In this document: piece after piece, positions 17,918 to 27,529 of the stretch | Numbering within the stretch: the first letter of the stretch is position 1 | How the letters are laid out: every line of letters starts with the position of its first letter | NCBI GenBank assembly: GCA_964372275.1 | Contig: CAYJRR010000035.1 | Coordinates: 1 to 36,439 of the forward strand | DNA: 36,439 nucleotides | Reading direction: 5' to 3' | Origin: an uncultured bacterium | GTDB lineage: Bacteria > CAYJRR01 | Notes under the pieces: generated by a model | Told to the model about the DNA's origin: nothing | What the model saw: only the letters and a program-made list of their open reading frames with translations | Databases searched by the model: none | Translations under genes and position numbers: made by a program

Positions 17918-19159
17918 TCAGCGCACGAGCGCGCCGAGGCGGAGCTGCGCGAGGTAGCGCGCGTAGGCGGCGGCGCGCGCGGCGGCGGCGGGAAGACCGG
18001 AAAGATGCACGCGCCGGCCGGCGACCTGGATCCAGCCGACGACGTCGCCGTCGCCCAGAGTGAGGAACTCGCCGAGCGTCGAGGCGCGGAAGTCGGGCAG
18101 CGGCCGTCCGGCGACCCGCGCGGCGATCGCCTGCGCGACGTGCGTCCCCTCCTGGATTGCGTGTTGCGCCGACGCGGCGATCGGCGGAGCGCCTTCGGAC
18201 GCCTGGACGACCGCGGCATCGCCGGCGGCGAAGGCGTTCGGCGCGCCCTCCACGCGCAGGGTCGCGTCGACGAGCCATCGACCGGACCGCGCGAGCGGAT
18301 TCGGCGCACCGCCGGAACCGGCTCCGCCCGAGGGGGCGGCCATCCGGGGGACGACCCCTTCGATGCCGGTGGCGAGCAGCACCGTCCGGGCGCGCGAGCG
18401 ATGGCCACCGACCGACGCCCCCTTGGCGTCGAACGCGACCGCCTCGCCGGTGCGCACGTCGATCCCCTTGCGGGCCAGCTCCTCGTCGACGCGGCGGGCG
18501 AGCTCCTCGTCGGGAACGCCGGCGAACAGGCGCTCGCGCTGCTCGCAGAGGGTGACGTGGACTTCGGAGGCCGACAGCCCCCGCCGGATGGCGAGGCGGC
18601 GAAGCAGCAGGGCGATCTCGGCCGAGGCTTCGACGCCGGTGTAGCCGCCGCCCACCACCAGCGCCGACAGGCGATCGCGGCGAGCGGAGGGCCTCCGTTC
18701 CGATGCGGCGCGCTCCACTCGACTTTCCAGATCGATCCGCAGACGCCGCACGTCGTCGAGCGAGTCGAGCGTGTGCCATCCCCGGCCCTTCGCATTCCGG
18801 GGTCGCTTGGTTCGCGCGCCGGACGCGATCACGACGAAGTCCCCCCGGTGACGGCGGCCCGCCGCCTCGACCTCGACCGCCTCGGGATCGACCGCGTCGG
18901 CCGGCGCCACGATCCGTTCGACCCGCGGCGACACCACCAACGAAGCGAGCGGCAGCTCGAGAGAGGGGCTCCCGGCCAGGGCTTCGTGCAGGCGCGGCTT
19001 GAGGAGGTGCGTGGAGCGCGGCTCGATCAGCACCACCCGCGCCCCGGGGAGCCTCCGCAGCACGCCGTGGACCGCCGCCAGCCCGGCGTGCCCGGCGCCG
19101 ACCACCAGGACGCGCGGGCGGCCCCGGGTCGGTCCCCCGGACGGCGCACCCTCGTTCAC
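17918..19159 (-). CDS. NDH-2-like NAD(P)/FAD-dependent oxidoreductase
   Basis: VVGAGHAG, VVGGGYTGVE and FAAGDAA...AQHAIQEG. GTG start overlaps the fhs stop (GTGA). Confidence 0.8.
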   Translation of the reverse strand: MNEGAPSGGPTRGRPRVLVVGAGHAGLAAVHGVLRRLPGARVVLIEPRSTHLLKPRLHEALAGSPSLELPLASLVVSPRVERIVAPADAVDPEAVEVEAAGRRHRGDFVVIASGARTKRPRNAKGRGWHTLDSLDDVRRLRIDLESRVERAASERRPSARRDRLSALVVGGGYTGVEASAEIALLLRRLAIRRGLSASEVHVTLCEQRERLFAGVPDEELARRVDEELARKGIDVRTGEAVAFDAKGASVGGHRSRARTVLLATGIEGVVPRMAAPSGGAGSGGAPNPLARSGRWLVDATLRVEGAPNAFAAGDAAVVQASEGAPPIAASAQHAIQEGTHVAQAIAARVAGRPLPDFRASTLGEFLTLGDGDVVGWIQVAGRRVHLSGLPAAAARAAAYARYLAQLRLGALVR

Positions 19160-20796
19160 GAGATCCCGACGATCTCGCCGCGGTCGGTGAGGTCGATGGC
19201 GTTGGCCGCCGGCTCGGCCGGAAGACCCGGCATCGTCACGATCTCGCCGGTGAGCGGGAGCAGGTAGCCGGCGCCGGCGGCGATGCGCACCGAACGGACG
19301 GTGAGGGTGAAGTCGGTCGGCCGGCCGAACGCCTGCGGATCGTCGGAGAGCGACATCTGCGTCTTGGCGATGCAGATCGGCAGATCGGCGCACCCGAGCT
19401 TGCGCGCGCGGTCGAGGTCGCGCCTCGCCTCGGCGGTGAAGTCGACCGCCTTGGCGCCGTAGATCGTCCGCGCCACGGCGCGGATCTTCTCCTCCGGCGA
19501 CTCATTCAGCTCGTAGAGGAAGCGGGGCGCCGGGCGCGGGCGGTCGGCGGCCGCGGCGACGAGGTCGGCGAGCGCCTCGGCCCCCGCCCCGCCCTCGAGG
19601 AAGCCGCGGAACCGCGCCGACGGCAGCCCGCGCGCCTCGCAGCCCCGATCGATCGCACGGAGCTCCTCTTCGCCGTCGCGGGTGAAGGTGTTGACGGCGA
19701 TCACCGGATCGAAGCCGAACGCCCGCACGCTCGCCACGTGCTGGTCGAGGTTGGCCAGTCCCCGCTCCACCGCCTCCAGCGCCGCCTTCCCGGTCGCGCG
19801 GCCGTCGAGATCGCCGCCGTGGAAGCGCAGCGCCCGCGCCGTCACCACCAGCACCACGGCGCTCGGCCACAGCCCCGACGAGCGGCACTTGATGTCGAAG
19901 AACTTCTCCGCCCCGAGGTCGAAGCCGAACCCCGCCTCGGTGACGACGTAGTCGGCGGTCGCGGACGCCGCGCGGGTGGCGATCACGCTGTTGCAGCCGT
20001 GCGCGATGTTGCCGAACGGGCCGCCGTGCACGAAGGCCGGACCGCCCTCCGCCGTCTGCACCAGGTTCGGGAGGATCGCGTCGGCCAGGAGCGCCGACAT
20101 CGCCCCCGCCGCGCCCAGCATCCCGGCGGTGACCGGCACCCCCTTGGTGTCGAAGCCGACCAGGATCCGCGACAGCCTCGCCTTCAGGTCGGCGACGTCC
20201 CGGGAGAGGCACAAGACCGCCATCACCTCGGAGGCGGCGGTGATGTCGAAGCCGTCTTCGCGCGGGACGCCATTCGCCTTCCCGCCGAGCCCGATCACGA
20301 TGCGGCGCAGGAACCGGTCGTTCATGTCGAGCACCCGGCGCCACAGCACCTGCCGGTGCTCCATCTCGAACGCGCCGCGGAAGTTGACCGCGTTGTCGAC
20401 CAGCGCCGCGAGGAGGTTGTGCGCCGAGGTCACGGCGTGGATGTCGCCGGTGAAGTGCATGTTGATGCGCGTCGACGGCTCGACACGGCAGCGTCCGCCG
20501 CCGGTGCCGCCCCCCTTCACGCCGAAAATCGGCCCGAGCGACGGCTCGCGCAGCGCCAGCGCCACCCGCTTCCCGCGGCGCCGCATCCCTTGGGCGAGCC
20601 CGATGGAGACGGTCGTCTTCCCCTCACCGAACTTCGTCGGGTTGATCGCCGACACCAGCACGATCCGGCCGGCCGAACCGTTGGCGTCGAGCCGCTCGAG
20701 CGCCGGCCGCGTCACCTTCGCCATGTGCGGGCCGAACAGCATCAGGTCGTCCGGCGAAAGGCCCAGCTCGCCGGCGACGTCGACGATCGATCTCAT
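19156..20796 (-). CDS. fhs: Formate--tetrahydrofolate ligase
   Basis: AINPTKFGEGKTT, LREPSLGPIFGVKGG, NMHFTGDIHA, HGGPFGNIAHGCNS, TEAGFGFDLGAEKF, TMPGLP. Confidence 0.97.
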   Translation of the reverse strand: MRSIVDVAGELGLSPDDLMLFGPHMAKVTRPALERLDANGSAGRIVLVSAINPTKFGEGKTTVSIGLAQGMRRRGKRVALALREPSLGPIFGVKGGGTGGGRCRVEPSTRINMHFTGDIHAVTSAHNLLAALVDNAVNFRGAFEMEHRQVLWRRVLDMNDRFLRRIVIGLGGKANGVPREDGFDITAASEVMAVLCLSRDVADLKARLSRILVGFDTKGVPVTAGMLGAAGAMSALLADAILPNLVQTAEGGPAFVHGGPFGNIAHGCNSVIATRAASATADYVVTEAGFGFDLGAEKFFDIKCRSSGLWPSAVVLVVTARALRFHGGDLDGRATGKAALEAVERGLANLDQHVASVRAFGFDPVIAVNTFTRDGEEELRAIDRGCEARGLPSARFRGFLEGGAGAEALADLVAAAADRPRPAPRFLYELNESPEEKIRAVARTIYGAKAVDFTAEARRDLDRARKLGCADLPICIAKTQMSLSDDPQAFGRPTDFTLTVRSVRIAAGAGYLLPLTGEIVTMPGLPAEPAANAIDLTDRGEIVGIS

Positions 20797-20831
20797 TCGC
20801 GCGCGGGTTGTAACACGACCCCGGCGCCGTC

Positions 20832-20860
20832 TTGCGCTCGGCGCGCCTCTCCACTAGCGT
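20832..20860 (+). promoter_or_regulatory. Putative sigma70 promoter, leaderless, for the M16 operon
   Basis: TTGCGC-N17-TAGCGT-N7-ATG (20868); no SD sequence. Confidence 0.55.
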
Positions 20861-20867
20861 CGCCGCC

Positions 20868-22283
20868 ATGCAAATCCCACCCGTCCCCGAAGCGCCGCGA
20901 GCCGCGCGGGTCGCCACCGCGGCCGCGGTCGCCGCGGCGTTCCTCGTCCCGGTCGCGGCCTCGGCGCATCACGACACGCCGGCGCCGGCGGCCGTCGCAC
21001 CCACCCCCTCGATCTTCCCCTATCCGATGCGCGTGGAGCGCCTGCCGAACGGCCTGCAGCTGGTCGTCGTGCCGATGAAGAGTCCGGGCCTGGTCGCCTA
21101 CTACACGCTGGTGCGCGTCGGCAGCCGCAACGAGGTGGAGAAGGGGCGTTCCGGGTTCGCCCACTTCTTCGAGCACATGATGTTCCGGGGCACGAAGTCC
21201 TACTCCGCCGACGACCGGAACGCGTTCCTGATGTCGATCGGCGCCGACGACAACGGATTCACCACCGACGACTTCACCTGTTACACCGTGTTCGGCGGCA
21301 ACCACCGGCTCGAGGAGCTGATCAGGATCGAGGCCGACCGATTCCAGAACCTCGAGTACGGTCCCACCGAGTTCAAGACCGAAGCGAACGCGGTGCTGGG
21401 CGAATACAACAAGAACGCGTCGAATCCGACCGAGAAGATGCACGAGATCCTCTCTGGCCTCGCCTTCACGCGCCACACCTATCGCCACACCACGATCGGC
21501 TTCGAGGAGGACATCAAGGCGATGCCGAAGGGGTTCGACTACAGCCGGACCTTCTTCAAGCGCTACTACCAGCCCGACAACACCACGCTGGTGGTGGCCG
21601 GCGACGTCGATCCCGCGGCCGTCACCGCCCTGGTGACGAAGTACTACGGCGGCTGGAAGGGGAAGACCAAGGCGGCGCCGATCCCGACCGAGCCGCCGCA
21701 GACGAAGGAACGGGTGCGCGAGCACGTCTGGGACACCGACACCGCCCCGCGGATCATGGCCGGCTACCACACCCCGGCGCAGAACCTGGAGACGAAGGAC
21801 GCGGCGGTGCAGTACGTCCTCGGAGCGCTGCTCCTCGGGCCGGCATCGACGCTGTACCGGGAGCTGGTGCTCGAGAAGCAGAAGGTCGAGAGCCTCCAGA
21901 ACTGGACCTACGATCACCGCGATCCGAACCTGTTCCTCTTCCTGGTGACGTTGAAGGAGGAGAAGGACCGCGCGGAGGTCTGGGCCGCGGTGCAGCGGGA
22001 GATCGACGCGCTGGCCCAGGGCAAGGTCGACGCCGCGCTCCTCTCCGACGTGATCTCCAACCTTCGGTACGGCGTCCTCACCGGGCTGGAGACGCCGAAC
22101 GCCGTGGCCGACACGCTGGTGGGGTTCATGGGACCGAACGGGGATCCGGCGGCGCTCGACAAGACGTTGTCGATGGTGGCGCTGGTGACCGCGAGCGACG
22201 TGACCGGGTTCGCGAAGAGATGGTTGCGGAACGAGAATCGGACGGTGGTCCACCTCCGTTCGAAGGCGGGGGCGGTGCGATGA
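20868..22283 (+). CDS. M16 family zinc peptidase, catalytic subunit
   Basis: LPNGL, VGSRNE and the HxxEH motif SGFAHFFEHMMFRGT; YYQPDN; signal-like N-terminus. Confidence 0.92.
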   Translation: MQIPPVPEAPRAARVATAAAVAAAFLVPVAASAHHDTPAPAAVAPTPSIFPYPMRVERLPNGLQLVVVPMKSPGLVAYYTLVRVGSRNEVEKGRSGFAHFFEHMMFRGTKSYSADDRNAFLMSIGADDNGFTTDDFTCYTVFGGNHRLEELIRIEADRFQNLEYGPTEFKTEANAVLGEYNKNASNPTEKMHEILSGLAFTRHTYRHTTIGFEEDIKAMPKGFDYSRTFFKRYYQPDNTTLVVAGDVDPAAVTALVTKYYGGWKGKTKAAPIPTEPPQTKERVREHVWDTDTAPRIMAGYHTPAQNLETKDAAVQYVLGALLLGPASTLYRELVLEKQKVESLQNWTYDHRDPNLFLFLVTLKEEKDRAEVWAAVQREIDALAQGKVDAALLSDVISNLRYGVLTGLETPNAVADTLVGFMGPNGDPAALDKTLSMVALVTASDVTGFAKRWLRNENRTVVHLRSKAGAVR

Positions 22284-24034
22284 GGACGCCATCGGAGGTT
22301 CGGTTCGCGTTGTTGGTTTGCGCGGCGACGGCGGCGGGTTGTCCCAAGGCGGCGCCGCCGGCCCCCGCCCCGACGGCGGAGACCGTGTCGATGACCCGTG
22401 CCGCGCCCCACGTCGCCGTCCGGGAACCGGAGAACGCGGTCGTCTCGGTGCGCCTGGCCTTCCGCACGGGGTCGGCCGACGACCCGCCCGGCAAGGAGGG
22501 GCTGACCTCGCTCACCGCGCACCTGATGGCGGAGGGCGGCACGCGGGCGCTCTCCTCGGCGGAGCTGGTGCGTGCGCTCTATCCGATGGCGGCGGAGATC
22601 GACGTGCAGGTCGATCGCGAGATGACCGTCTTCGTCGGCCGGTGTCACCGCGACCACCTTCCGCGCCTGCTGGAGATCCTGGGGGACGTCGTCCTGCAGC
22701 CGCGGATGGATCCCAAGGAGTTCGAGCGACTCAAGGTCGACGCCCTCCACGACCTCACGCTGACGCTACGGTTCAACGACGACGAGAACCTGGGGAAGGA
22801 GGCGCTGGAGACGCTGCTGAACCCCGGACACCCCTACGGCCATCCGGTCGTCGGGACCGAGTCGGGGCTCCGGTCGCTCACCCTCGCCGACGCCGTCGCC
22901 CACCGCGCGAACGTCTTCGGCCAGGCGCGGCTGACGATCGGGATGGCGGGCGGCTTCTCCGAGACGACGCTGGGGACGTTCGAGGGCCGTCTCGCGGCGC
23001 TCCCCGCGGGCAAGCCGCCGGTCCCCGTCCCGCCGCCGCCGGCGGTGCCGCACCGTACGGTGCTGATCGTCGAGAAGCCGACCCATTCCACCGCCGTCTC
23101 GATGGGGTTCAACACCGCGGTCAACCGCGGCGATCCCGACTTCCACAAGGTGCGGCTCGCCATGGGGTGGTTCGGCGAACACCGGCAGATGGTCGGGAAG
23201 CTGTTCAACGAGCTGCGCGAAGAGCGGGGCTTGAACTACGGCGACTACGCCTACGCCGAAGAGTTCGTGCAGGACGGTTGGACTCGCTTCGCGAAGAACA
23301 ACGTTCCCCGGCGGCACCAGCATTTCGAGATCTGGATCCGACCGGTGGAGACGAAGAACGCCGTCTTCGCCCTGCGCGGAGCGCTCTGGCAGCTCGACGC
23401 CCTGCTCGCGCGCGGAATCCCTTCGCCGGAGCTCGAGGCGACGCGCGCCTACCTCGGCGGCTACAGCCGGCTCTGGGAACAGACGGTCGATCGCCGACTC
23501 GGCGGCGCCATCGACGCCGTCTACTACGGCACGCCGAACTACCTGGAGCAGTTCCGCACCGCGCTGCGGTCGATGAGCGCGGACGAGGTCCACGCCGCGG
23601 TTCGGCGGCACCTCGGCGGACGCGAGCTCCAGATCGCGATCGTCACCGCCGACGGAGAGGCGCTGCGCAAGCAGCTCCTCTCCGGATCCCCCACGCCCCC
23701 GGCCTACGCCTCCCCCAAGGCGGAGGCGGTGGAGAAGGAGGACCGGGTGATCGAGAAGTTCCCGCTGGGACTCGCGCCCGACCGGGTGATGGTGGTGACG
23801 GCCGCCGACCTGTCCACGTCGCCGCGCCGGCGCGACCGCCACCGCAAGCGGATCGTCTACCGAGCCTATCGGATGGGTCGCGTGAAGCGGCCCGGGTCTT
23901 CAAGGATGCCGCTCATCAGCAACTGGTCGACGCGGACGCCCTCCAGGTCGGCCGACGAGAGGATCTCGTACTTCCGGATCGGCGCGAGCACCACGTCACC
24001 GTCCCAGACGACGCCGCCGCTGCCGAATCCGTAG
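22280..24034 (+). CDS. M16 family peptidase, non-catalytic lipoprotein subunit (suspect run-on C-terminus)
   Basis: Lipobox AAGC, GSADDPPGKEGL, HPYGHP and LFNELREERGLNYG; no HxxEH; ATGA overlap with the upstream gene. Confidence 0.85.
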   Translation: MRTPSEVRFALLVCAATAAGCPKAAPPAPAPTAETVSMTRAAPHVAVREPENAVVSVRLAFRTGSADDPPGKEGLTSLTAHLMAEGGTRALSSAELVRALYPMAAEIDVQVDREMTVFVGRCHRDHLPRLLEILGDVVLQPRMDPKEFERLKVDALHDLTLTLRFNDDENLGKEALETLLNPGHPYGHPVVGTESGLRSLTLADAVAHRANVFGQARLTIGMAGGFSETTLGTFEGRLAALPAGKPPVPVPPPPAVPHRTVLIVEKPTHSTAVSMGFNTAVNRGDPDFHKVRLAMGWFGEHRQMVGKLFNELREERGLNYGDYAYAEEFVQDGWTRFAKNNVPRRHQHFEIWIRPVETKNAVFALRGALWQLDALLARGIPSPELEATRAYLGGYSRLWEQTVDRRLGGAIDAVYYGTPNYLEQFRTALRSMSADEVHAAVRRHLGGRELQIAIVTADGEALRKQLLSGSPTPPAYASPKAEAVEKEDRVIEKFPLGLAPDRVMVVTAADLSTSPRRRDRHRKRIVYRAYRMGRVKRPGSSRMPLISNWSTRTPSRSADERISYFRIGASTTSPSQTTPPLPNP

Positions 24035-25398
24035 TCCTGCAAGGTCGGACCCATCACCATCGTGCGGCCGTCGCCGGACGGACGAAGGATGACCCGTGCG
24101 GTAGCGGGCCGTGTCTCGAAGAGCGCCCTCCCCGGCAACGGACCTCGTTCGGCGATCGGCGTCGCTTCGACCGCGGCCGCCTGCGCGCGCGGCCGGAAAG
24201 AGATGCGCACGTCCCACATCTGGTCACCGGGGACGAGCTGGCCGTCGACGACTCCGACCACCAGACTCCGTCGGACGCCATCCACCGGTGCCGCATCGCG
24301 TACCAGAACGCGTCCTTCGGCCACCACCGACGGCCCGCCCGAATCGGTCGGCGCGATCGGCGCGGGTGCCGCGTGTGCGCGGACGAGGGCCGCGGCATGC
24401 GCCGACGGATCGTAGAGGCGCGAGATACCTCCCGCACGCCGCGCCCCATAGGCCGTCATCCCGGCCCAGAAGATCAGCTGCGATGCCGCCCACGCTCGCT
24501 CCGACGCGGATAGGCGCGGCCAATCGCTCGCCAGCGTGTGTGCCTGGTTGGCGACCGACACGGTGCTCGCCACCTGGGAGCCGACCGCGATGACGCCGGC
24601 GACGCGCGCCAGCTCGGCGCCCTCCCGCGCTCCACTCGAGAGGACGGCGGCCGCACCGGCGCTCGCGGCGAGAGAGGATAGGCCGAGAGTCGAAGCGCCG
24701 AGCTGGATCCACTGGCTTCGCGCGTCGCGACTCGCCCACGGCCGAAGCGTCTCGCCGTGAGCGAATCGGTCGTACAGACCGGACCCGCCGCGGTACGCGC
24801 CCCACGCCATGAACGCGGCGCCCGCTATCGGGACGATTGCGCCGCCCGTTCCGACGATCGCGGCCACTCCGACCGCGACGCCGCCGACCCCCGCGGTGAC
24901 GTCCGCCGCCCGCCCGAGCCGCTCCGACAGCGAGTCGATCGTCCCTGGCGTCGCGCGCGACTCCGGTTCCGCCCGGCAGGTCGTACCGACATCGCCACGT
25001 CGCGGAAATGTCATGCGTCCGCGGGGAAGCCGGTTGTTCCGCTTCCAGTCTTCGAAGTCACGGTAGCGGCGACCACCATGGTCGACGTATGCCACCCTGC
25101 CGCCGGCCTGGGTCACGCGGTAGATCGGGACGAGAATCGTCTCCCCGTTCGAAACGACGGAGACCGGGAGCGTCCGCACACGCGCGCCCGCGCCCATCCG
25201 CACGATTTGGGACGTGGCCTCCACCGTGCGCGAAGGAAACAACTCCGCGCACGGATCGTTCGCCGCTGCAATGGCGACGAGATCGCGGATCGTCGCGTGC
25301 TGATTACCGTCCTCGCAGGGCTCCATGGCATCGCGTGCCTGCGCAGCCGAGCTGGCGAGCACGAACGCCGCCGTGAGCGCCGCCATCGTTCGTTTCAT
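23866..25398 (-). CDS. Secreted DUF4781-like protein with hydrophobic helices and unknown C-terminal domain
   Basis: Signal peptide MKRTMAALTAAFVLASSAAQA. VPIYRV...YVDHGGRRYRDFEDWKRNNRLP.GRMTFP and LYDRFAHGETL resemble DUF4781 (recalled). Gly/Ala-rich TM-like stretch. Confidence 0.6.
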   Translation of the reverse strand: MKRTMAALTAAFVLASSAAQARDAMEPCEDGNQHATIRDLVAIAAANDPCAELFPSRTVEATSQIVRMGAGARVRTLPVSVVSNGETILVPIYRVTQAGGRVAYVDHGGRRYRDFEDWKRNNRLPRGRMTFPRRGDVGTTCRAEPESRATPGTIDSLSERLGRAADVTAGVGGVAVGVAAIVGTGGAIVPIAGAAFMAWGAYRGGSGLYDRFAHGETLRPWASRDARSQWIQLGASTLGLSSLAASAGAAAVLSSGAREGAELARVAGVIAVGSQVASTVSVANQAHTLASDWPRLSASERAWAASQLIFWAGMTAYGARRAGGISRLYDPSAHAAALVRAHAAPAPIAPTDSGGPSVVAEGRVLVRDAAPVDGVRRSLVVGVVDGQLVPGDQMWDVRISFRPRAQAAAVEATPIAERGPLPGRALFETRPATARVILRPSGDGRTMVMGPTLQDYGFGSGGVVWDGDVVLAPIRKYEILSSADLEGVRVDQLLMSGILEDPGRFTRPIR

Positions 25399-25412
25399 GG
25401 AATCCGTACGGG

Positions 25413-25428
25413 TGCAGGAGATGTGCCG
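25413..25428 (-). promoter_or_regulatory. Putative sigma54 promoter of the DUF4781-like gene
   Basis: Minus strand CGGCACA-TCTC-CTGCA (GG-N10-GC), ending 14 nt before the ATG. Confidence 0.5.
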
Positions 25429-25500
25429 CGGAAATCGCCGCTGGCGCGGGTTCGATTCCGGACGACGCTGGCAAGACGTGTTTTCGATCCGGATGCGCCT

Positions 25501-26508
25501 CTAGCCACCCGGCCGCGAATCGCCGTCGAACGCGACGACGACCGGCTCATGACCGATATCGGCCGGGTCGAAGCCGACCAGCAGCTCCCGCGGAGTGACG
25601 ATCGAGCCTGCATCGCACAATCCCGCCGACGCGGCGAGGGCACCGACGACTCTCGCGCCGTCGTACCCCGCCGCGCGAAGGTCGGCGAGCGACGCGGGGC
25701 GATTGCGCTTGGCGAGCCGCCCCCCGGCCGGAGAAAGAACCAGCGGCACGTGTCCGAACGCTGGCGGCTCGCGACCGAGCGCCCGGTGGAGCGCGATCTG
25801 CCGAGGCGTCGACGGGAGGAGGTCGTCGCCGCGCCAGACGTGGGTGATCCCCATCGCGCCGTCGTCGACCACCACCGCCAGCTGGTAGGCGGCGACGCCG
25901 TCGCCCCGGCGAAGGACGAAGTCGTCGATCGGCCGCGGTCCGATCTCGCCTGCGACCTCGTCCTGGAAACCGATCGGTCCGCCCGTTCGGGCTCCCTCGG
26001 GGCCTCCCCGGACCCCTGCTTCGCCGGCGCGGAAGCGGATCGCGGCGCCTCGGCCGGCGGCGCGGGCGCGCGCCTCGGCCATCCCCGGCGGCAGGTCGCG
26101 GCAGGTTCCGGGATACCGCGGCCCCTCCGGATCGTCCCCTTGCGGCGCGCTCGCGGCCAACGCCACCTCGGCGCGCGAGCAGGCGCACGCGTAGGCGCGG
26201 CCGTCCGCCGCGAGCCGTTCCAACGCCGCGGCATAGTGCGCCGTCCGCTCGCTCTGCCGGTACGGCCCGAACGGACCGCCGACGTCCGGCCCCTCGTCCC
26301 AGTCGAGCCACAGCCACCGGAGATCGCCGGCGATCGACGCCTCCGCGCCGGCGACGACCCGCGCCCGGTCGAGGTCCTCGATGCGAAGCACCATCGTCCC
26401 GCCGGCCGACCGGACGCGAAGCCAGGCGAGCAGCGCCGTGCGCGCGTTCCCGAGGTGCATCGCTCCGGTCGGACTCGGCGCGAAGCGCCCTCGGACGGTC
26501 GCGTTCAG
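25501..26508 (-). CDS. gluQ: tRNA glutamyl-Q(34) synthetase
   Basis: GRFAPSPTG.MHLGN, LRIEDLD, YACACSR..Y..TCR, AYQLAVVVDD, RGDDLL and RLAKR; no anticodon-binding domain. Probable CTG start. Confidence 0.9.
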   Translation of the reverse strand: MNATVRGRFAPSPTGAMHLGNARTALLAWLRVRSAGGTMVLRIEDLDRARVVAGAEASIAGDLRWLWLDWDEGPDVGGPFGPYRQSERTAHYAAALERLAADGRAYACACSRAEVALAASAPQGDDPEGPRYPGTCRDLPPGMAEARARAAGRGAAIRFRAGEAGVRGGPEGARTGGPIGFQDEVAGEIGPRPIDDFVLRRGDGVAAYQLAVVVDDGAMGITHVWRGDDLLPSTPRQIALHRALGREPPAFGHVPLVLSPAGGRLAKRNRPASLADLRAAGYDGARVVGALAASAGLCDAGSIVTPRELLVGFDPADIGHEPVVVAFDGDSRPGG

Positions 26509-27056
26509 TGGATCCCGGTTCCGATCGCCAGCCGCGTCGGGTCGACCCCCATCTCGCGGAGGACCGCCGCCCACGCGTCGGAGGGGGCGGTGTCGAGGAC
26601 GTGTTTCGGATCGGCCTCGACCGTCAGCCAGGATCCGGCCTCCAGCTCGCGCTCCAGCTGTCCCGCCCCCCAACCGGCGTAGCCGAGCATCAGTCGCAGC
26701 CGCTTGGTCCCGTCGGCCATCAGGTGGTTGAGGGTGGTGATCGAACCGGAGAGGACGAGCCCGCCCATCACCCGCTGCTTCTCCTCGACCGACTCGTCGT
26801 CATGGAGGATCCAGCCGCGCGACGGATCGACCGGTCCGCCGCGGAAGACCGAAGACTCCTTCACCCGGGAATGGCAAGGGAGACCGTGCTCGTGCGCGAA
26901 CCCGCCGAGCGTCAAGGTCAGCGGCTGGTTCACCACCAGCCCCAGGGCGCCGGAGGCGTTGTGCTCCAGCAGGAGGACGACCGAGCGCGCGAAGTTCGGA
27001 TCCCCGAGCTGCGGGATCGCGATCAGGAAGAGCGGATGGGGTCTGGGCGAGGTCAC
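26505..27056 (-). CDS. yqgE: YqgE/AlgH family protein
   Basis: LIAIPQLGDPNFARSVVLL, GALGLVVN, FRGGPV, LGYAGWGAGQLEREL..GSWL. Confidence 0.9.
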   Translation of the reverse strand: MTSPRPHPLFLIAIPQLGDPNFARSVVLLLEHNASGALGLVVNQPLTLTLGGFAHEHGLPCHSRVKESSVFRGGPVDPSRGWILHDDESVEEKQRVMGGLVLSGSITTLNHLMADGTKRLRLMLGYAGWGAGQLERELEAGSWLTVEADPKHVLDTAPSDAWAAVLREMGVDPTRLAIGTGIH

Positions 27057-27081
27057 CGGGCGTAGTGGGGGAACGATTCCG

Positions 27082-27090
27082 ATTCTAGCA
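27082..27090 (-). promoter_or_regulatory. Putative extended -10 promoter of yqgE-gluQ
   Basis: Minus strand TG-C-TAGAAT, 25 nt before the GTG start. Confidence 0.55.
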
Positions 27091-27160
27091 GGCGCCTATG
27101 GGTGCGGCACAGACGGGGCGCGTTCGGCGCGAACCCGGGATTCGTGGTAGGAACGCGCGC

Positions 27161-27529
27161 ATGGCGCTTCGCAAGCGGGTCTCGACCGTCCCCTCCAGGC
27201 GGCTGGAGACCTTCCCGAACCCCAAGCCGGAGAGGGAGTACGAGATCCGCTTCGACTGTCCGGAGTTCACCTGCGTCTGCCCGATGACCGGGCAGCCCGA
27301 CTTCGCCACGATCCGCATCGCCTACGTCCCCGACCGGCGCTGCGTGGAGCTCAAGAGCCTGAAGCTCTACCTCTGGTCGTTCCGCGACGAAGGGGCGTTC
27401 CACGAAGCGGTCGTCAACCGGATCCTCGACGACCTGGTCGTCGCGCTGCGACCGCGCCGCGCCACCGTCGTCGGCGACTTCCTCGTGCGCGGCGGGATCC
27501 ACACCGTCGTCGAAGCCCGCCATCCGTGA
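27161..27529 (+). CDS. queF: NADPH-dependent 7-cyano-7-deazaguanine reductase (type I)
   Basis: [39 protein letters not shown] and RGGI. Confidence 0.96.
   Translation: MALRKRVSTVPSRRLETFPNPKPEREYEIRFDCPEFTCVCPMTGQPDFATIRIAYVPDRRCVELKSLKLYLWSFRDEGAFHEAVVNRILDDLVVALRPRRATVVGDFLVRGGIHTVVEARHP

Noticed and set aside
13878-18779. 1633-aa minus-strand ORF
   Set aside because: Only 13878-15479 is a real kinase. The rest is Arg/Pro-rich shadow frame over other genes, as expected in high-GC DNA.
27060-27160. preQ1 riboswitch upstream of queF
   Set aside because: No recognisable stem with an A-rich 3' tail; the gap is short and holds promoter-like motifs.
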